A stretch of DNA of 64,000 nt from Minisyncoccota bacterium (GTDB lineage: Bacteria > Patescibacteriota > Minisyncoccia > Phycocordibacterales > UBA9973), in NCBI GenBank assembly GCA_041663005.1, contig JBAZRK010000001.1, positions 157,360-221,359 of the forward strand. The letters run 5' to 3'. A program made the position numbers and the translations under genes. Position 1 is the stretch's first letter. Each line of letters starts with the position of its first letter. Below are positions 38,747-48,637 of the stretch, in pieces. The notes under the pieces are model-generated. The model was not told the origin of the DNA and ran no database searches. It saw only the letters and a list, made by a program, of their open reading frames with translations.

Positions 38747-38914
38747 CTAGAATTTTACAGTGCCCAGTATATGCACGAAGTAAGGTTCACCCGAGAGGCG
38801 CTTTTGCCCGCTATGCGCTTGAAAAGAGAAATTGTAAGCTTTGCGTATAAGCTCAGCGTCCTTTTTACTCACAGGGCCTTGCATCAAGCTCAAAATTGTC
38901 TCCGCAGTCTCCAT
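38747..38914 (-). CDS. rel: N-terminal fragment of the same rel/spoT gene in a different frame (frameshift at an A4 run)
   Basis: Translation METAETILSLMQGPVSKKDAELIRKAYNFSFQAHSGQKRLSGEPYFVHILGTVKF* aligns to the Rel N-terminus. Adding one A to the minus-strand AAAA (plus-strand tttt at 38753-38756) restores GEPYFVHILGTVKILAKLRMD. Confidence 0.7.
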   Translation of the reverse strand: METAETILSLMQGPVSKKDAELIRKAYNFSFQAHSGQKRLSGEPYFVHILGTVKF

Positions 38915-38946
38915 AAAGGAGATTATACTTTAAACTCGCCAGATGT

Positions 38947-41163
38947 CTACGGTTCGATTTTCGGAATCTTGTGAGGGTTGTGCATTTTACAAGCTTTGTT
39001 GGAACAACGCTCCGGAATCGTTTTCGTTCCTTGCATCATCAGGCTGCCGCACTCCTTGCAAATATTTCCCGTTGGCTTCGCTTTGATAGCAAATTTACAA
39101 TCAGGATAGTTGGAGCAAGAGTAGAAAATACCGAAGCGTCCGCGACGCTCCGAAATGTCCCCGATCTTACAGATAGGACACATAACGCCGGTGCGCTTGC
39201 GCGCTTCTTCGGCTTCGTCTTTCTTAATAAATTTGCACTTTGGATATCGCGAACATGAGATGAAAGTTCCGGTGCCGTCCCGTCGCTCCTTAATTACCAA
39301 TTTGCCTCCACCGGATTTGCCTTTCTTTTCTCCGCAGTCGGGACACATTTCTCCGGTTTCGGCTGGTCCCTTTAACTCCGTACCATCAAGCATTAACGCG
39401 CCATCGCAGTCGGGATACTTGGTGCATGAATAAAATTTGCCTCCACGTGAAAGCTTTATAATCATCCCACTGCCGCATTTCGGACATTTGATATGCTCTG
39501 GGGCTTCGCCCAAGTTGGTCGCCTTTTCTAATTTCTCTTTGAGTTTCACCTCCTTGAGGAATGGGCCATAGAAATCTTTCAATGTTTTCTCATACTCACG
39601 TTCGCCACGAGAGATTTCATCGAGCTCGTCCTCCATTTCGGCGGTGAATGTGTCAGAAATATAATTCGAGAAATGTTTTTCCAAAAAGTCGGAGACTACC
39701 TCTCCGGTGTCAGTGGGGAACAATGTTTTACCTTCTTTCTTCACGTACCCGCGTTCCTCAATCGTGCGCATAATTGAAGCGTAGGTAGAAGGGCGCCCTA
39801 TGCCACGTCCCTCAAGCTCCTTGACGAGCCCAGCTTCACTGTACCTGCCTGGCGGTTCGGTAAATTTCTCTTCGCTAATTAAATTTAGCAATCGCAAATG
39901 CTCACCTGGCTTGCAGGCTGGTAATTCTACGTCGTCGCCTCGGGCACCGGTGTCCACTGCGAGCCACCCAGGAAATAAAAGCCTAGAGCCAGTAGCGCCG
40001 AATTCCGGCAAGTCTTCATGGCCTTCGATTACTGCAGTAATTTTAGTCTTCAAAAGTTTCGCGTCAGACATTTGCGAGGAGACAGCCCTTTCCCAGATAA
40101 GTCGGTAGAGCTTGTCGTAATCCTCGTGTCCCGAGTGGAGCTTCTCTATATGTGTCGGTCGAATTGCTTCGTGGGCCTCTTGGGCATTTTTCGATTTAGT
40201 TTTAAAAATTTTAGCTTCGGCGTATTCTGGGCCATATTCCTTTTTCACGAATGCTAGGATTTGTTCTTGAGCGACCTTCGAAACATTAGTGCTGTCGGTA
40301 CGCATATATGTAATGTGTCCGGCCTCATAAAGCTTCTGGGCTATTTGCATTGTGCGTGAAGGGGAGTATCCCAGTCGAGAGCTTGCTGTCTGCTGGAGGG
40401 TCGAAGTAGTGAACGGCGCACGCGATGCGCGCTTCTGTTCACTCTCTTTAACACCTTTAACCAACCAGGAACCCTTCTTGCCTTCTGTAAGAATTTTCTC
40501 AACGAGTTTCTCGTCACGAGGCTCCTCAGCACATTCGAGGGTTAGCTTCGCTTCGCTTTGTGTTTCAAATAATCCGACAATTCTCCAAAATTTTTCTGGG
40601 ACGAAAGCTCGGATTTCACGTTCTCGCTCCATTATTATCCGCAGTGCTGGCGATTGGACACGTCCGGCGGAGAGTCCATAACGGACCTTCTTCCAAATAA
40701 GCCCCGACAAATCATAGCCAACCAAACGATCGAGTACTCGACGCGCTTCTTGTGCTTTACGTAAAGCTGTGTCAATTTTCCTTGGATGCAACAAGGCTTC
40801 TTCGACAGCTTCCTTGGTGATTTCGTGGAAGGTGACTCGCTCAATGGGCGCTTTAACTTTCTTGTCTTCTTTAAGTAAGGTTTCAATATGCCAAGCAATA
40901 GCCTCGCCCTCTCGGTCGGGGTCTGTGGCTAGCATTACTTCAGTGGCCTTGGCCGCAAGGTGCTGCAGTTCGTGGACGACTTTTTCTTTGCCTTTTGAAA
41001 TCTCATAATTTGGAACAAAGCCTGCCTCGATATCGATTGCTTTCTTATTTGATTTAGGGAGATCGCGAATATGTCCCACGGAAGCGCGCACAGTGAAAGC
41101 GCCTTCGAGATATTTCTCAATAGTTTTCGCTTTCGATGGGGACTCAACGATTAATAACTTCAT
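38947..41163 (-). CDS. topA: DNA topoisomerase I
   Basis: TOPRIM MKLLIVESPSKAKTI, topo IA core, four C-terminal C4 zinc ribbons. Confidence 0.95.
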   Translation of the reverse strand: MKLLIVESPSKAKTIEKYLEGAFTVRASVGHIRDLPKSNKKAIDIEAGFVPNYEISKGKEKVVHELQHLAAKATEVMLATDPDREGEAIAWHIETLLKEDKKVKAPIERVTFHEITKEAVEEALLHPRKIDTALRKAQEARRVLDRLVGYDLSGLIWKKVRYGLSAGRVQSPALRIIMEREREIRAFVPEKFWRIVGLFETQSEAKLTLECAEEPRDEKLVEKILTEGKKGSWLVKGVKESEQKRASRAPFTTSTLQQTASSRLGYSPSRTMQIAQKLYEAGHITYMRTDSTNVSKVAQEQILAFVKKEYGPEYAEAKIFKTKSKNAQEAHEAIRPTHIEKLHSGHEDYDKLYRLIWERAVSSQMSDAKLLKTKITAVIEGHEDLPEFGATGSRLLFPGWLAVDTGARGDDVELPACKPGEHLRLLNLISEEKFTEPPGRYSEAGLVKELEGRGIGRPSTYASIMRTIEERGYVKKEGKTLFPTDTGEVVSDFLEKHFSNYISDTFTAEMEDELDEISRGEREYEKTLKDFYGPFLKEVKLKEKLEKATNLGEAPEHIKCPKCGSGMIIKLSRGGKFYSCTKYPDCDGALMLDGTELKGPAETGEMCPDCGEKKGKSGGGKLVIKERRDGTGTFISCSRYPKCKFIKKDEAEEARKRTGVMCPICKIGDISERRGRFGIFYSCSNYPDCKFAIKAKPTGNICKECGSLMMQGTKTIPERCSNKACKMHNPHKIPKIEP

Positions 41164-41224
41164 ACTCTTATCGGGTAAGTATTACACGAAAAAGTTTTCA
41201 AATGCAAATTGAAAAAGTTTTTTC

Positions 41225-42085
41225 CTAGAGATTAAGACGCATTTCACCAAGTTCCTCGATTAGTAATTCGCGTATTTCCATAGCCGAGAGCAGGGCGTTG
41301 GCTTTAGGTGTTGGCATCTTCATTGCTCGTATTAAATCATCTCGGGGCATTGGTTCACGGAGAAGTTCAGTTACGATTTTTTCTTCCGGAGATAAGTCGA
41401 GAAATAGCTTTTTTTGGCGTTCTTCTTTTGGTAATTCGAAGCCCAAGGCATCCAGGACTTCTTCCGAGGAAGTTATCGGGGTCGCACCTTGGCGCAGGAG
41501 TCTGTTGGTGCCCTTGGAATTGGGGGAAAAGATGGAACCGGGGACGGCTAGGAGGTCCCTATTGTATTCGGTAGTAAGCCTGGCGGTAATGAGAGTCCCA
41601 GAACGTTCCTCCGCTTCGATAATTAAAACCGCTTTTGAAATTCCTGCCATTAATCTGTTGCGCTTAGCAAAGCCCCACAGGGTCGCCTTGAAGTCGGGTT
41701 CAAATTCGGAAATTAAACATCCGCCTTTCTGTAAAATTTCCCTGGCGAGCTTCACGTTTGTTTTCGGGTACATTGCTCCTTCGCTTAGGCCTGAGCCCGG
41801 GAATACCAGAGTTTTCAAACCAACCTCCAGAGCTTTCGTGTGCGCGATAGCGTCAATACCCATCGCGAGACCTGAGACGATTACAATAGGGTAGCCTTTT
41901 AACCCGGCGACAATCTTCTCGCAAGCTTCCTTGCCGTAGGAGGTAAATTTTCGCGAGCCCACTACACATAAGTACACTAAATTCTCAAGGGGCATCTCTC
42001 CTAGCACCCATAAATTTTCCGGTGGCTCCGGAATTTCTAAGAGTGCTTTAGGAAATTCCGCTTTCGGAAGCTTTTTAATCTCCAT
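41225..42085 (-). CDS. dprA: DNA-processing protein DprA (Smf)
   Basis: Rossmann-like core VVGSRKFTSYG...VSGLAMGIDAIAH. Confidence 0.85.
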   Translation of the reverse strand: MEIKKLPKAEFPKALLEIPEPPENLWVLGEMPLENLVYLCVVGSRKFTSYGKEACEKIVAGLKGYPIVIVSGLAMGIDAIAHTKALEVGLKTLVFPGSGLSEGAMYPKTNVKLAREILQKGGCLISEFEPDFKATLWGFAKRNRLMAGISKAVLIIEAEERSGTLITARLTTEYNRDLLAVPGSIFSPNSKGTNRLLRQGATPITSSEEVLDALGFELPKEERQKKLFLDLSPEEKIVTELLREPMPRDDLIRAMKMPTPKANALLSAMEIRELLIEELGEMRLNL

Positions 42086-42121
42086 TTTGTAATTATAACA
42101 ATTTTGGTATACAATATATAG

Positions 42122-43432
42122 ATGTTAGATATAAAATTCATTCGCGAAAACAAGGATATCGTAGCTTCAGGTGCCAAGAAAAAGCACATTGAGGTGGATA
42201 TCGAGAAGCTCATATCCCTCGACGACGAACGACTCAAGGAATTGAAGGAAGTCGAAGAACTTCGCAGTGAAGTAAATCGAGTTTCGAATGATATAGCTCG
42301 CGACCAAGACCCTCAACTTAAACTCCAGCTGATTGAAGAAATGCGAGTTGTTAAAGAAGATATAAAAAAGAAAGAGGAGAAGCTTAAACAGACAGTGGAA
42401 GAATGGCAGAAAATTATGCTAAAAATTCCGAACATTCCGTCGGTGGACACTCCGGAAGGCGATGATGATAAAGGGAACCAAGTAATACGAAGCTTTGGAG
42501 AAAAACGACAATTCTCCTTCACTCCGAAAGAGCATGATGTTTTAGGGAAAGCTCTCGGTCTCATCGATACCGAGACCGCCGCCGAAGTTGCTGCATCGAG
42601 GTACTCGTATTTAAAGGGAGATTTAGTGTTGATGCAGTTTGCTTTGATTCAGATGTGCCTGGAAATTCTAACTAATGAAGAGATCTTGAAAAAAATCGCC
42701 GAGGAGACCGGCGTATCAGTAGACATTCGAAAATTTACCCCCGTGATTCCACCGGTTTTCATTCGGCCACTGGTCCAGGTGAAAATGGCGAGGTTTATGA
42801 CGCCGGAAGAGCATTACATCTTCCCGAATGACGACCTAATGCTCATAGGTAGCGCGGAGCACACAATGGGCTCAATGCATATGAATAAAATTTTCGAAGA
42901 AAAAGATTTACCTATTCGCTATGCCGGGTATTCTACGGCTTTCCGTCGCGAGGCGGGCGCTGCAGGTAAGGACACTTCAGGCATACTCCGCCAGCATCAA
43001 TTTGATAAATTAGAGATGGAAGTTTTTTCATTACCTGAAAATTCTATGCAGGAGCAAAATTTCCTAGTTGCTATACAGGAATATATATTAAATACGCTCG
43101 GGCTTCCGTATCAAGTGGTTATGGTTTGCACCGGTGATATGGGTTTCCCTGACAGCAGGCAGATAGACATTGAGACCTGGATGCCAGGACAGAATAAATA
43201 TCGCGAGACCCATAGTGCTGATTCTACGGGGGGCTTCCAATCCAGACGCCTGAATACCCGCGTCCGCCGAGCTGACGGCAAGATTGAACCTGTACATATG
43301 AACGACGCTACTGTGCTAGCTATGGGCCGAGCGCTTATCGCCATAATGGAAAACTATCAGCAAGAAGATGGTAGTATTGCCATACCAGAAGTATTACGAA
43401 AATATATGGGTGGTAGGGAAGTTATTAAATAA
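42122..43432 (+). CDS. serS: Serine--tRNA ligase
   Basis: N-terminal coiled-coil arm and class II motifs 1-3. Confidence 0.95.
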   Translation: MLDIKFIRENKDIVASGAKKKHIEVDIEKLISLDDERLKELKEVEELRSEVNRVSNDIARDQDPQLKLQLIEEMRVVKEDIKKKEEKLKQTVEEWQKIMLKIPNIPSVDTPEGDDDKGNQVIRSFGEKRQFSFTPKEHDVLGKALGLIDTETAAEVAASRYSYLKGDLVLMQFALIQMCLEILTNEEILKKIAEETGVSVDIRKFTPVIPPVFIRPLVQVKMARFMTPEEHYIFPNDDLMLIGSAEHTMGSMHMNKIFEEKDLPIRYAGYSTAFRREAGAAGKDTSGILRQHQFDKLEMEVFSLPENSMQEQNFLVAIQEYILNTLGLPYQVVMVCTGDMGFPDSRQIDIETWMPGQNKYRETHSADSTGGFQSRRLNTRVRRADGKIEPVHMNDATVLAMGRALIAIMENYQQEDGSIAIPEVLRKYMGGREVIK

Positions 43433-43435
43433 ACG

Positions 43436-44302
43436 ATGAAGAACAGCGTTTTAAATTCTCCACGACTCACTGAACTAAAGAAGCGCCGCAGGCGCGCTTT
43501 TTTAAATAGATTTCTGGTTTACGTGGTTTTATTTGTCGGAGTCGTCGCTCTCTCGGCATATCTCTCACGCTTACCGGGAATAAATATTGAGACCATTGAG
43601 ACCGAAGGTAACAACATTGTGGACTCACAGGTTATTACTTCTTTAGTAGAAAATGAAATGGCCGGAAAATATTTATGGTTATTTCCAAAGACCAATGTAC
43701 TGTTCTATCCAAAAGATAGGATTAAGGAGGTCCTAGCTCAAGAAGAGAGGCGCTTGGGCGAAATTACTTTGTCAGTGAAAAATAATCGTGTCCTCCATAT
43801 TAAAGTTTCAGAACGGGAACCGCTCTATACTTGGTGCGGAGAAAGTCTGCCGATTTCGGGCGGTGAAAGTTCGAAATGCTTTTTCTTAGACAAAGAAGGC
43901 TATATATTTGATGAGGCTCCATACTTCTCGGGTGATGTTTATTTCAAATTTTACGGAGCTAAAGGTGTAACAGTATTAAAGCCAACGGGGTCCTACTTCG
44001 CTCAAGAAAATTTTGCCAACCTGACACAGTTTAAGGAGGCGGTTCGAGAGCTCAAGCTAAATCCGGTAGCTCTGTATTTGAAAGAAGACGGCGACGTAGA
44101 GCTCTTCCTTTCGAGCACGGTAAATCCAGAGCCAATGATTCTATTTCGGGCTGACGCCAATACAGAGGACCTGTCCGAAAATTTAGCGGCTGCTTTAGGC
44201 ACCGAGCCCTTAAAAACCAAGATGGAGAAACAGTACCCGAAACTTGAATATTTAGACCTTCGTTTTGATAATAAAGTTTACAGTAAATTCTCGCCGCAAT
44301 AA
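43436..44302 (+). CDS. ftsQ: FtsQ/DivIB-like cell division protein (POTRA domain)
   Basis: Basic cytoplasmic N-terminus, one TM, then a POTRA-like INIETIETEGNNIV...LHIKVSEREP region. Confidence 0.5.
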   Translation: MKNSVLNSPRLTELKKRRRRAFLNRFLVYVVLFVGVVALSAYLSRLPGINIETIETEGNNIVDSQVITSLVENEMAGKYLWLFPKTNVLFYPKDRIKEVLAQEERRLGEITLSVKNNRVLHIKVSEREPLYTWCGESLPISGGESSKCFFLDKEGYIFDEAPYFSGDVYFKFYGAKGVTVLKPTGSYFAQENFANLTQFKEAVRELKLNPVALYLKEDGDVELFLSSTVNPEPMILFRADANTEDLSENLAAALGTEPLKTKMEKQYPKLEYLDLRFDNKVYSKFSPQ

Positions 44303-44303
44303 T

Positions 44304-45257
44304 ATGAAAAATTTCTGGAACGATTTAAAGAAACCGATTTTCTGTTTAGCACCGATGGCAGATGTGACGGACTGTGCTTTTAGGAAAATGATAGCTCATC
44401 ACGGTAAACCCGACATTTTCTGGACTGAGTTCGTGTCTGCGGACGGCTTGGCTCACCCCGAAGCCAGAGAGAAATTACTCATTGACCTCAAGTATAGCGA
44501 GACGGAGCACCCGATTGTGGCGCAAATTTTCGGTTCAAACGCTGACAACATTCGCGAAGCCTCGGCGCTCTGTAAAAAGCTCGGCTTTGATGGCATTGAT
44601 ATAAATATGGGCTGCCCAGACAGGTTAATAGAGAAGCAAGGATCGGGTGCTGCTATGATTAAAACCCCTGCCAAAGCTCGTGAAATTATCCGAGCAGCGA
44701 AAGAAGGGGCCGGAGGTTTGCCCGTGTCTGTGAAAACTCGCATCGGGTACAACAAAAATGAAATCGATAAATGGGTCTCTGAACTTCTGTCCGAAGACAT
44801 CGCAGCACTTACCGTACACCTGCGGACGAGGAAAGAGATGTCGAATGTGCCCGCGCACTGGGATTTGATGAAAAGTGTGATTGAAATCAGAAATAAAATA
44901 AATCCGAAAATTCTAATCCTTGGCAACGGTGACGCTGAGAGCGTAGCGGATGCAAAAAATAAAATAGAGGAAACAGGATGCGACGGAGTTATGCTTGGGC
45001 GCGCTATTTTCGGCAACCCATGGCTCTTTGCCGGACGGACACCTTCTCTCAAGGAAAAACTAGAAGTAATGATAGAACACACGAAACTTTTCGAAGAACT
45101 CCTCGGTGGATTAAAGAACTTTGCAATTATGAAGAAACACTACAAGGCATATGTGAATGGCTTCGACGGTGCCAAAGAGCTCCGAATGAAACTTATGGAG
45201 GCCGAGAATGCTTCCGAAGTTGCGTCCATTACTAATGATTTTTTAGCTCAAATCTGA
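44304..45257 (+). CDS. dus: tRNA-dihydrouridine synthase
   Basis: TIM-barrel Dus motifs LAPMADVTD, DINMGCP and FMN/lysine region. Confidence 0.85.
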   Translation: MKNFWNDLKKPIFCLAPMADVTDCAFRKMIAHHGKPDIFWTEFVSADGLAHPEAREKLLIDLKYSETEHPIVAQIFGSNADNIREASALCKKLGFDGIDINMGCPDRLIEKQGSGAAMIKTPAKAREIIRAAKEGAGGLPVSVKTRIGYNKNEIDKWVSELLSEDIAALTVHLRTRKEMSNVPAHWDLMKSVIEIRNKINPKILILGNGDAESVADAKNKIEETGCDGVMLGRAIFGNPWLFAGRTPSLKEKLEVMIEHTKLFEELLGGLKNFAIMKKHYKAYVNGFDGAKELRMKLMEAENASEVASITNDFLAQI

Positions 45258-45269
45258 TAGGATACCTTT

Positions 45270-46316
45270 ATGCACGACCTAGCGCTTTACCGTAAATATC
45301 GGCCGAAAAAATGGAAGGAGGTTATGGGCCAGGACCACATTGTGGATGTGTTGAAAAGCTCAGTGGAAGCAAATAAAGTCTCGCACGCCTACCTCTTTGT
45401 CGGCTCCAGGGGCACAGGGAAGACTACTCTAGCGCGAATATTTGCCGAAAGCATTGGGGTGTCTGGGAGCGACCTGTATGAAATAGACGCTGCGTCTAAT
45501 CGTGGGATCGACGACATCAAGGAACTTCGAGACGGGGTGCGAGTCTTGCCTTTCGATTCTAAATATAAAATTTATATCATCGACGAGGTGCATATGCTCT
45601 CGAAGGACGCTTGGGGAGCGCTCCTTAAAACACTCGAGGAGCCACCGAAGCACGTAATTTTCATTATGGCGACCACGGAGCTCCATAAAGTTCCCGAAAC
45701 AATTATTTCTCGTTGCCAAGTTTTCACCTTCAAAAAAGCCTCTGACAGTGTTTCGAGAAAAATGGCTATTGAAGTTGCGAAGAAAGAGGGCTTCGAGCTT
45801 GACGCCGGGAGTGCTGAACTCCTAGCCATACTTGCGGACGGCTCTTTCCGCGACCTCTTAGGAGAAATTCAGAAGGTGCTCAATTTCTACGGACAGACTA
45901 AAAGTAAAAAAATAAAGAGGGAAGACGTTGAGAAGATTACTGGCGCTCCGAAAACAGCCCTAGTGAACGATTTCCTTTCCGCCCTAGCAGAAAATAACAT
46001 TGAACAGGGGCTGGGAGCCATACGAGAAGCCGCTGACGGTAACCTGGATATGAAATTATTCCTGAAATTAATTATTCAAAAATTTCGAATGGCTATCATT
46101 CTCCGCTATGCTCCTAAAATGCAGGATACTATGGCGGGCAACCTGGCGGAAACAGATTTGAAATTTCTACGAGAACTTGTGGCTAAGGATTTGGAAGGAA
46201 TGCTCCGCTCCAGCGGCCTCGCTGTACTCCTTGATGCGTATCAGAATATGGACAACGCCTTCATAGTGGAACTACCCCTCGAACTAGCATTAATTAAAAT
46301 TCTAAAGAAAGAGTAA
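45270..46316 (+). CDS. dnaX: DNA polymerase III subunit gamma/tau (short form)
   Basis: Walker A GSRGTGKTT, DEVHML, SRC sensor motif. Confidence 0.85.
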   Translation: MHDLALYRKYRPKKWKEVMGQDHIVDVLKSSVEANKVSHAYLFVGSRGTGKTTLARIFAESIGVSGSDLYEIDAASNRGIDDIKELRDGVRVLPFDSKYKIYIIDEVHMLSKDAWGALLKTLEEPPKHVIFIMATTELHKVPETIISRCQVFTFKKASDSVSRKMAIEVAKKEGFELDAGSAELLAILADGSFRDLLGEIQKVLNFYGQTKSKKIKREDVEKITGAPKTALVNDFLSALAENNIEQGLGAIREAADGNLDMKLFLKLIIQKFRMAIILRYAPKMQDTMAGNLAETDLKFLRELVAKDLEGMLRSSGLAVLLDAYQNMDNAFIVELPLELALIKILKKE

Positions 46317-46790
46317 ATGAAAGAATATAAACCTATTGGCACACCTGAGGCAAACGAGGATTCTAAGGAGGAATTAAAAAAATTACTTTCGAATTTGCCT
46401 CCAGAAGAACAGCGGGACAGGTGGTCAGGAGGACCGGACGCCATAGAAGAAGATGCCGCAAAATATACGGACTTAAGTGAACTAAATCAACCAGGATTTG
46501 AACGTAATCTTGAAATTTTGCTTAAACTTGCTTCGAAAACGCAAGAGTGGGCAGATAGGCTTAAGATTTTCAATAATATTTCTCGAGCAAACGCAATGGT
46601 GGCAGCGAAAATCTTACTCAAAGAAATACTCAGTTATAGCACTAACATAGCACCGGAGCTCAATAATATTAGAAGCTACGGCAGAAAGGAGGAGCAGGAA
46701 GAACTTTCTAAAATTGAGAATAGAATTATGGATATTAAAAAAGCTGTTACTGCCATGGTTGTAAATAGGACACTAAACGATATTGAGTAG
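46317..46790 (+). CDS. Hypothetical protein (157 aa)
   Basis: Immediately follows dnaX with no gap. Helical, no motif recognised (not YbaB-like). Confidence 0.4.
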   Translation: MKEYKPIGTPEANEDSKEELKKLLSNLPPEEQRDRWSGGPDAIEEDAAKYTDLSELNQPGFERNLEILLKLASKTQEWADRLKIFNNISRANAMVAAKILLKEILSYSTNIAPELNNIRSYGRKEEQEELSKIENRIMDIKKAVTAMVVNRTLNDIE

Positions 46791-46859
46791 GTGAGTCAGT
46801 AAACTCACTGATAGTGCTTAATTTTTGGGGCGAAATATGCTAATCTGAATATGTTTTAT

Positions 46860-46930
46860 TGGGAGATCGTCTAACGGTAGGACAGCGGCCTTTGAAGCCG
46901 TGAATCTTGGTTCGATTCCAAGTCTCCCAG
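46860..46930 (+). tRNA. tRNA-Gln (anticodon TTG)
   Basis: U1-A72 acceptor tgggaga/tctccca typical of tRNA-Gln, anticodon loop ctTTGaa, T-loop TTCGATT. Followed by a GC-rich hairpin gtcagggccttcggcactgac. Confidence 0.8.
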
Positions 46931-46991
46931 CCCTTCCTCCCCCGGTCGTCAGGGCCTTCGGCACTGACATACAGGTGGTCAATTACTTGTT

Positions 46992-47264
46992 GTGAATTTT
47001 AAAAAATTAACGGGTATGAAAAAACAGATTCTAAAAATTATGGGTTGGGCAGCGGTGGCACTAATTATTCCTTTGCTAGGCAATATCTACGTAGAAGGTT
47101 GGAATTGGGAATGGAATGATTTCCTATTCGCTTGGGTATTCTGGGTGGTGATGGGCACCTCGATTCTTTTTCTCACAAAGCGAGCCGGGAAATATCGCAC
47201 ACTCGTTGGTATCGCAGTGTTTCTTTTCTTCGCCGCTATTTGGATAACTTTAGCAACAGGCTAG
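46992..47264 (+). CDS. Small membrane protein (2-3 TM), hypothetical
   Basis: Trp-rich hydrophobic 90-aa ORF. Alternative start at MKKQILK (47016). Confidence 0.4.
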   Translation: MNFKKLTGMKKQILKIMGWAAVALIIPLLGNIYVEGWNWEWNDFLFAWVFWVVMGTSILFLTKRAGKYRTLVGIAVFLFFAAIWITLATG

Positions 47265-47279
47265 GAAGATATTCAGTAG

Positions 47280-47597
47280 TTACATACCCTCATCTTCGAG
47301 CGCTTTGTCGTGGAATTTGCTGAGCTCAGCAATTGAGATATGTCGACCTTGGTCCTTGCACAAGCCTACGTATTCTTCAACGGTGCTGTCGTAAACAATC
47401 TTCTTGCTGTCATCACGGATTCTAACCCGAGCAATTTTGTTCTCAGAGAAATAGGGGAGTAAGTGGTAACGATTTTCTTCCAAACCCCGGATGAGTTCTG
47501 ACTCAGCAAATCGGTGAGCCTCAAGCTCTTTCGGGGTAAGCGCTACTTTACCATCGTGCTTGCTAGTAATGGGATTGTCACTCATTTTTTCTGCCAT
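47280..47597 (-). CDS. Hypothetical protein (105 aa)
   Basis: Intact ORF, no motif recognised. Confidence 0.4.
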   Translation of the reverse strand: MAEKMSDNPITSKHDGKVALTPKELEAHRFAESELIRGLEENRYHLLPYFSENKIARVRIRDDSKKIVYDSTVEEYVGLCKDQGRHISIAELSKFHDKALEDEGM

Positions 47598-47632
47598 AGC
47601 TAAATCATATTACTATTTAGAAGGTTAGGCAA

Positions 47633-47665
47633 GAAAAAAGGGGCCCGGGTGAGCCTCTTTTTTAT
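47633..47665 (-). terminator. A-run / GC hairpin / T-run: probable terminator for the minus-strand secreted-protein gene
   Basis: aaaaaag-gggcccgggtgagcctc-ttttttatt. Confidence 0.35.
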
Positions 47666-47686
47666 TTAACACAGGAGAAGATTCAA

Positions 47687-48487
47687 TTATTTGAACCAGA
47701 ACCAGTGTCGAATTTTGCCAAGCCAGCCATTGTTGCTGGGTTTGTCATCTTTCCTTGGTTTACCGTTTACGTCGTCATTATCACTGTCCTTGTCGCTGTC
47801 AGCGGTAATTTTAGTTGCGCTAACTACGCTACCGTCAGCATTTAGGTTTCCAGAGATAGAAACTTTATCTCCTTCATCAAGGGACGCAAGAGAACTTGCG
47901 GAACCATCGAGAAGGATTACGGTCGAGCTAGAGACTGCTACATTAATGTCGCGGCCACCTGGAAGTTCGATGCTGATAACTTTATCACCTTCATCAATTG
48001 ATTTAATTTCACCTCTCCAGAAAGTTTTACTTTCTACAGTACCGCCAATGAGAGCCTGGCTAACAATATGGTCGGCGTTAACCACTATCGAGGAACTTGA
48101 GGAAGAATCAATGTCGCCTGCGAAGCTAATTTTGTCGCCAGCCTTCAAGTCGCTAACTTTCGCATCACTTGAACCGTTAACTTTAGTATCGGAATCGACG
48201 TTCACTACGAAGTTAAGAACACTGCTACCAAATGAGGCGGTTGCTTTAACCACGCTCTCGGTCACAGAAACAACTTTCGCTCCCAAGACTCGCAAGGCGC
48301 CGTTAGGCCCGAGGACTACGCCAGTGGCAGACTCAAGATTTACCAAAGCGTCAGCTTTAAGTGAGGATCGCGCATTCATATACGCGTTTCCGTTGTTATT
48401 GTCAGCCTTGGCAGGACCAGCCACTGCTAGAAGCCCAAGAAACGAGAACACAATAAAACCTTTTGCAATATTCTTTAGATTTTTCAT
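47687..48487 (-). CDS. Secreted repeat protein (DUF5666-like beta-rich repeats)
   Basis: Signal peptide MKNLKNIAKGFIVFSFLGLLAVAGPAKA, then repeated G-D-K-V/I-S...V...A modules and an Asp-rich, basic C-terminus. The antisense ORF 47691-48539 is rejected. Confidence 0.55.
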   Translation of the reverse strand: MKNLKNIAKGFIVFSFLGLLAVAGPAKADNNNGNAYMNARSSLKADALVNLESATGVVLGPNGALRVLGAKVVSVTESVVKATASFGSSVLNFVVNVDSDTKVNGSSDAKVSDLKAGDKISFAGDIDSSSSSSIVVNADHIVSQALIGGTVESKTFWRGEIKSIDEGDKVISIELPGGRDINVAVSSSTVILLDGSASSLASLDEGDKVSISGNLNADGSVVSATKITADSDKDSDNDDVNGKPRKDDKPSNNGWLGKIRHWFWFK

Positions 48488-48637
48488 AATATTTTTCTAC
48501 TTGCTAATTAATAATGTTTATAATGCGGGGGTACAATAACCCCCTTAGTAGATAAAGACGTACGACTAAAGGAAAACTTACCTCGGCTGAAACTATGTTA
48601 TTATGGTAAGTATTTACAGGCCTTTACGTCTGCTTAT

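Noticed and set aside
38736-38790. Possibility that the in-frame TGA upstream of rel is read through (UGA recoding as in some CPR lineages)
   Set aside because: TGA is used as a genuine stop elsewhere in the window and tRNA-Trp has anticodon CCA. The N-terminus is actually in a different frame and ends in TAG, so a 1-nt frameshift explains it.
46931-46991. GC-rich hairpin (gtcagggccttcggcactgac) after tRNA-Gln as an independent ncRNA
   Set aside because: It is too short and lacks a flanking promoter or terminator. It is most simply a tRNA 3'-trailer or processing hairpin.
47691-48539. 282-aa plus-strand ORF antisense to the DUF5666-like secreted protein gene
   Set aside because: Low-complexity S/L/P-rich translation with no start context. 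The minus-strand frame has a signal peptide and coherent repeats, so this is the antisense shadow.
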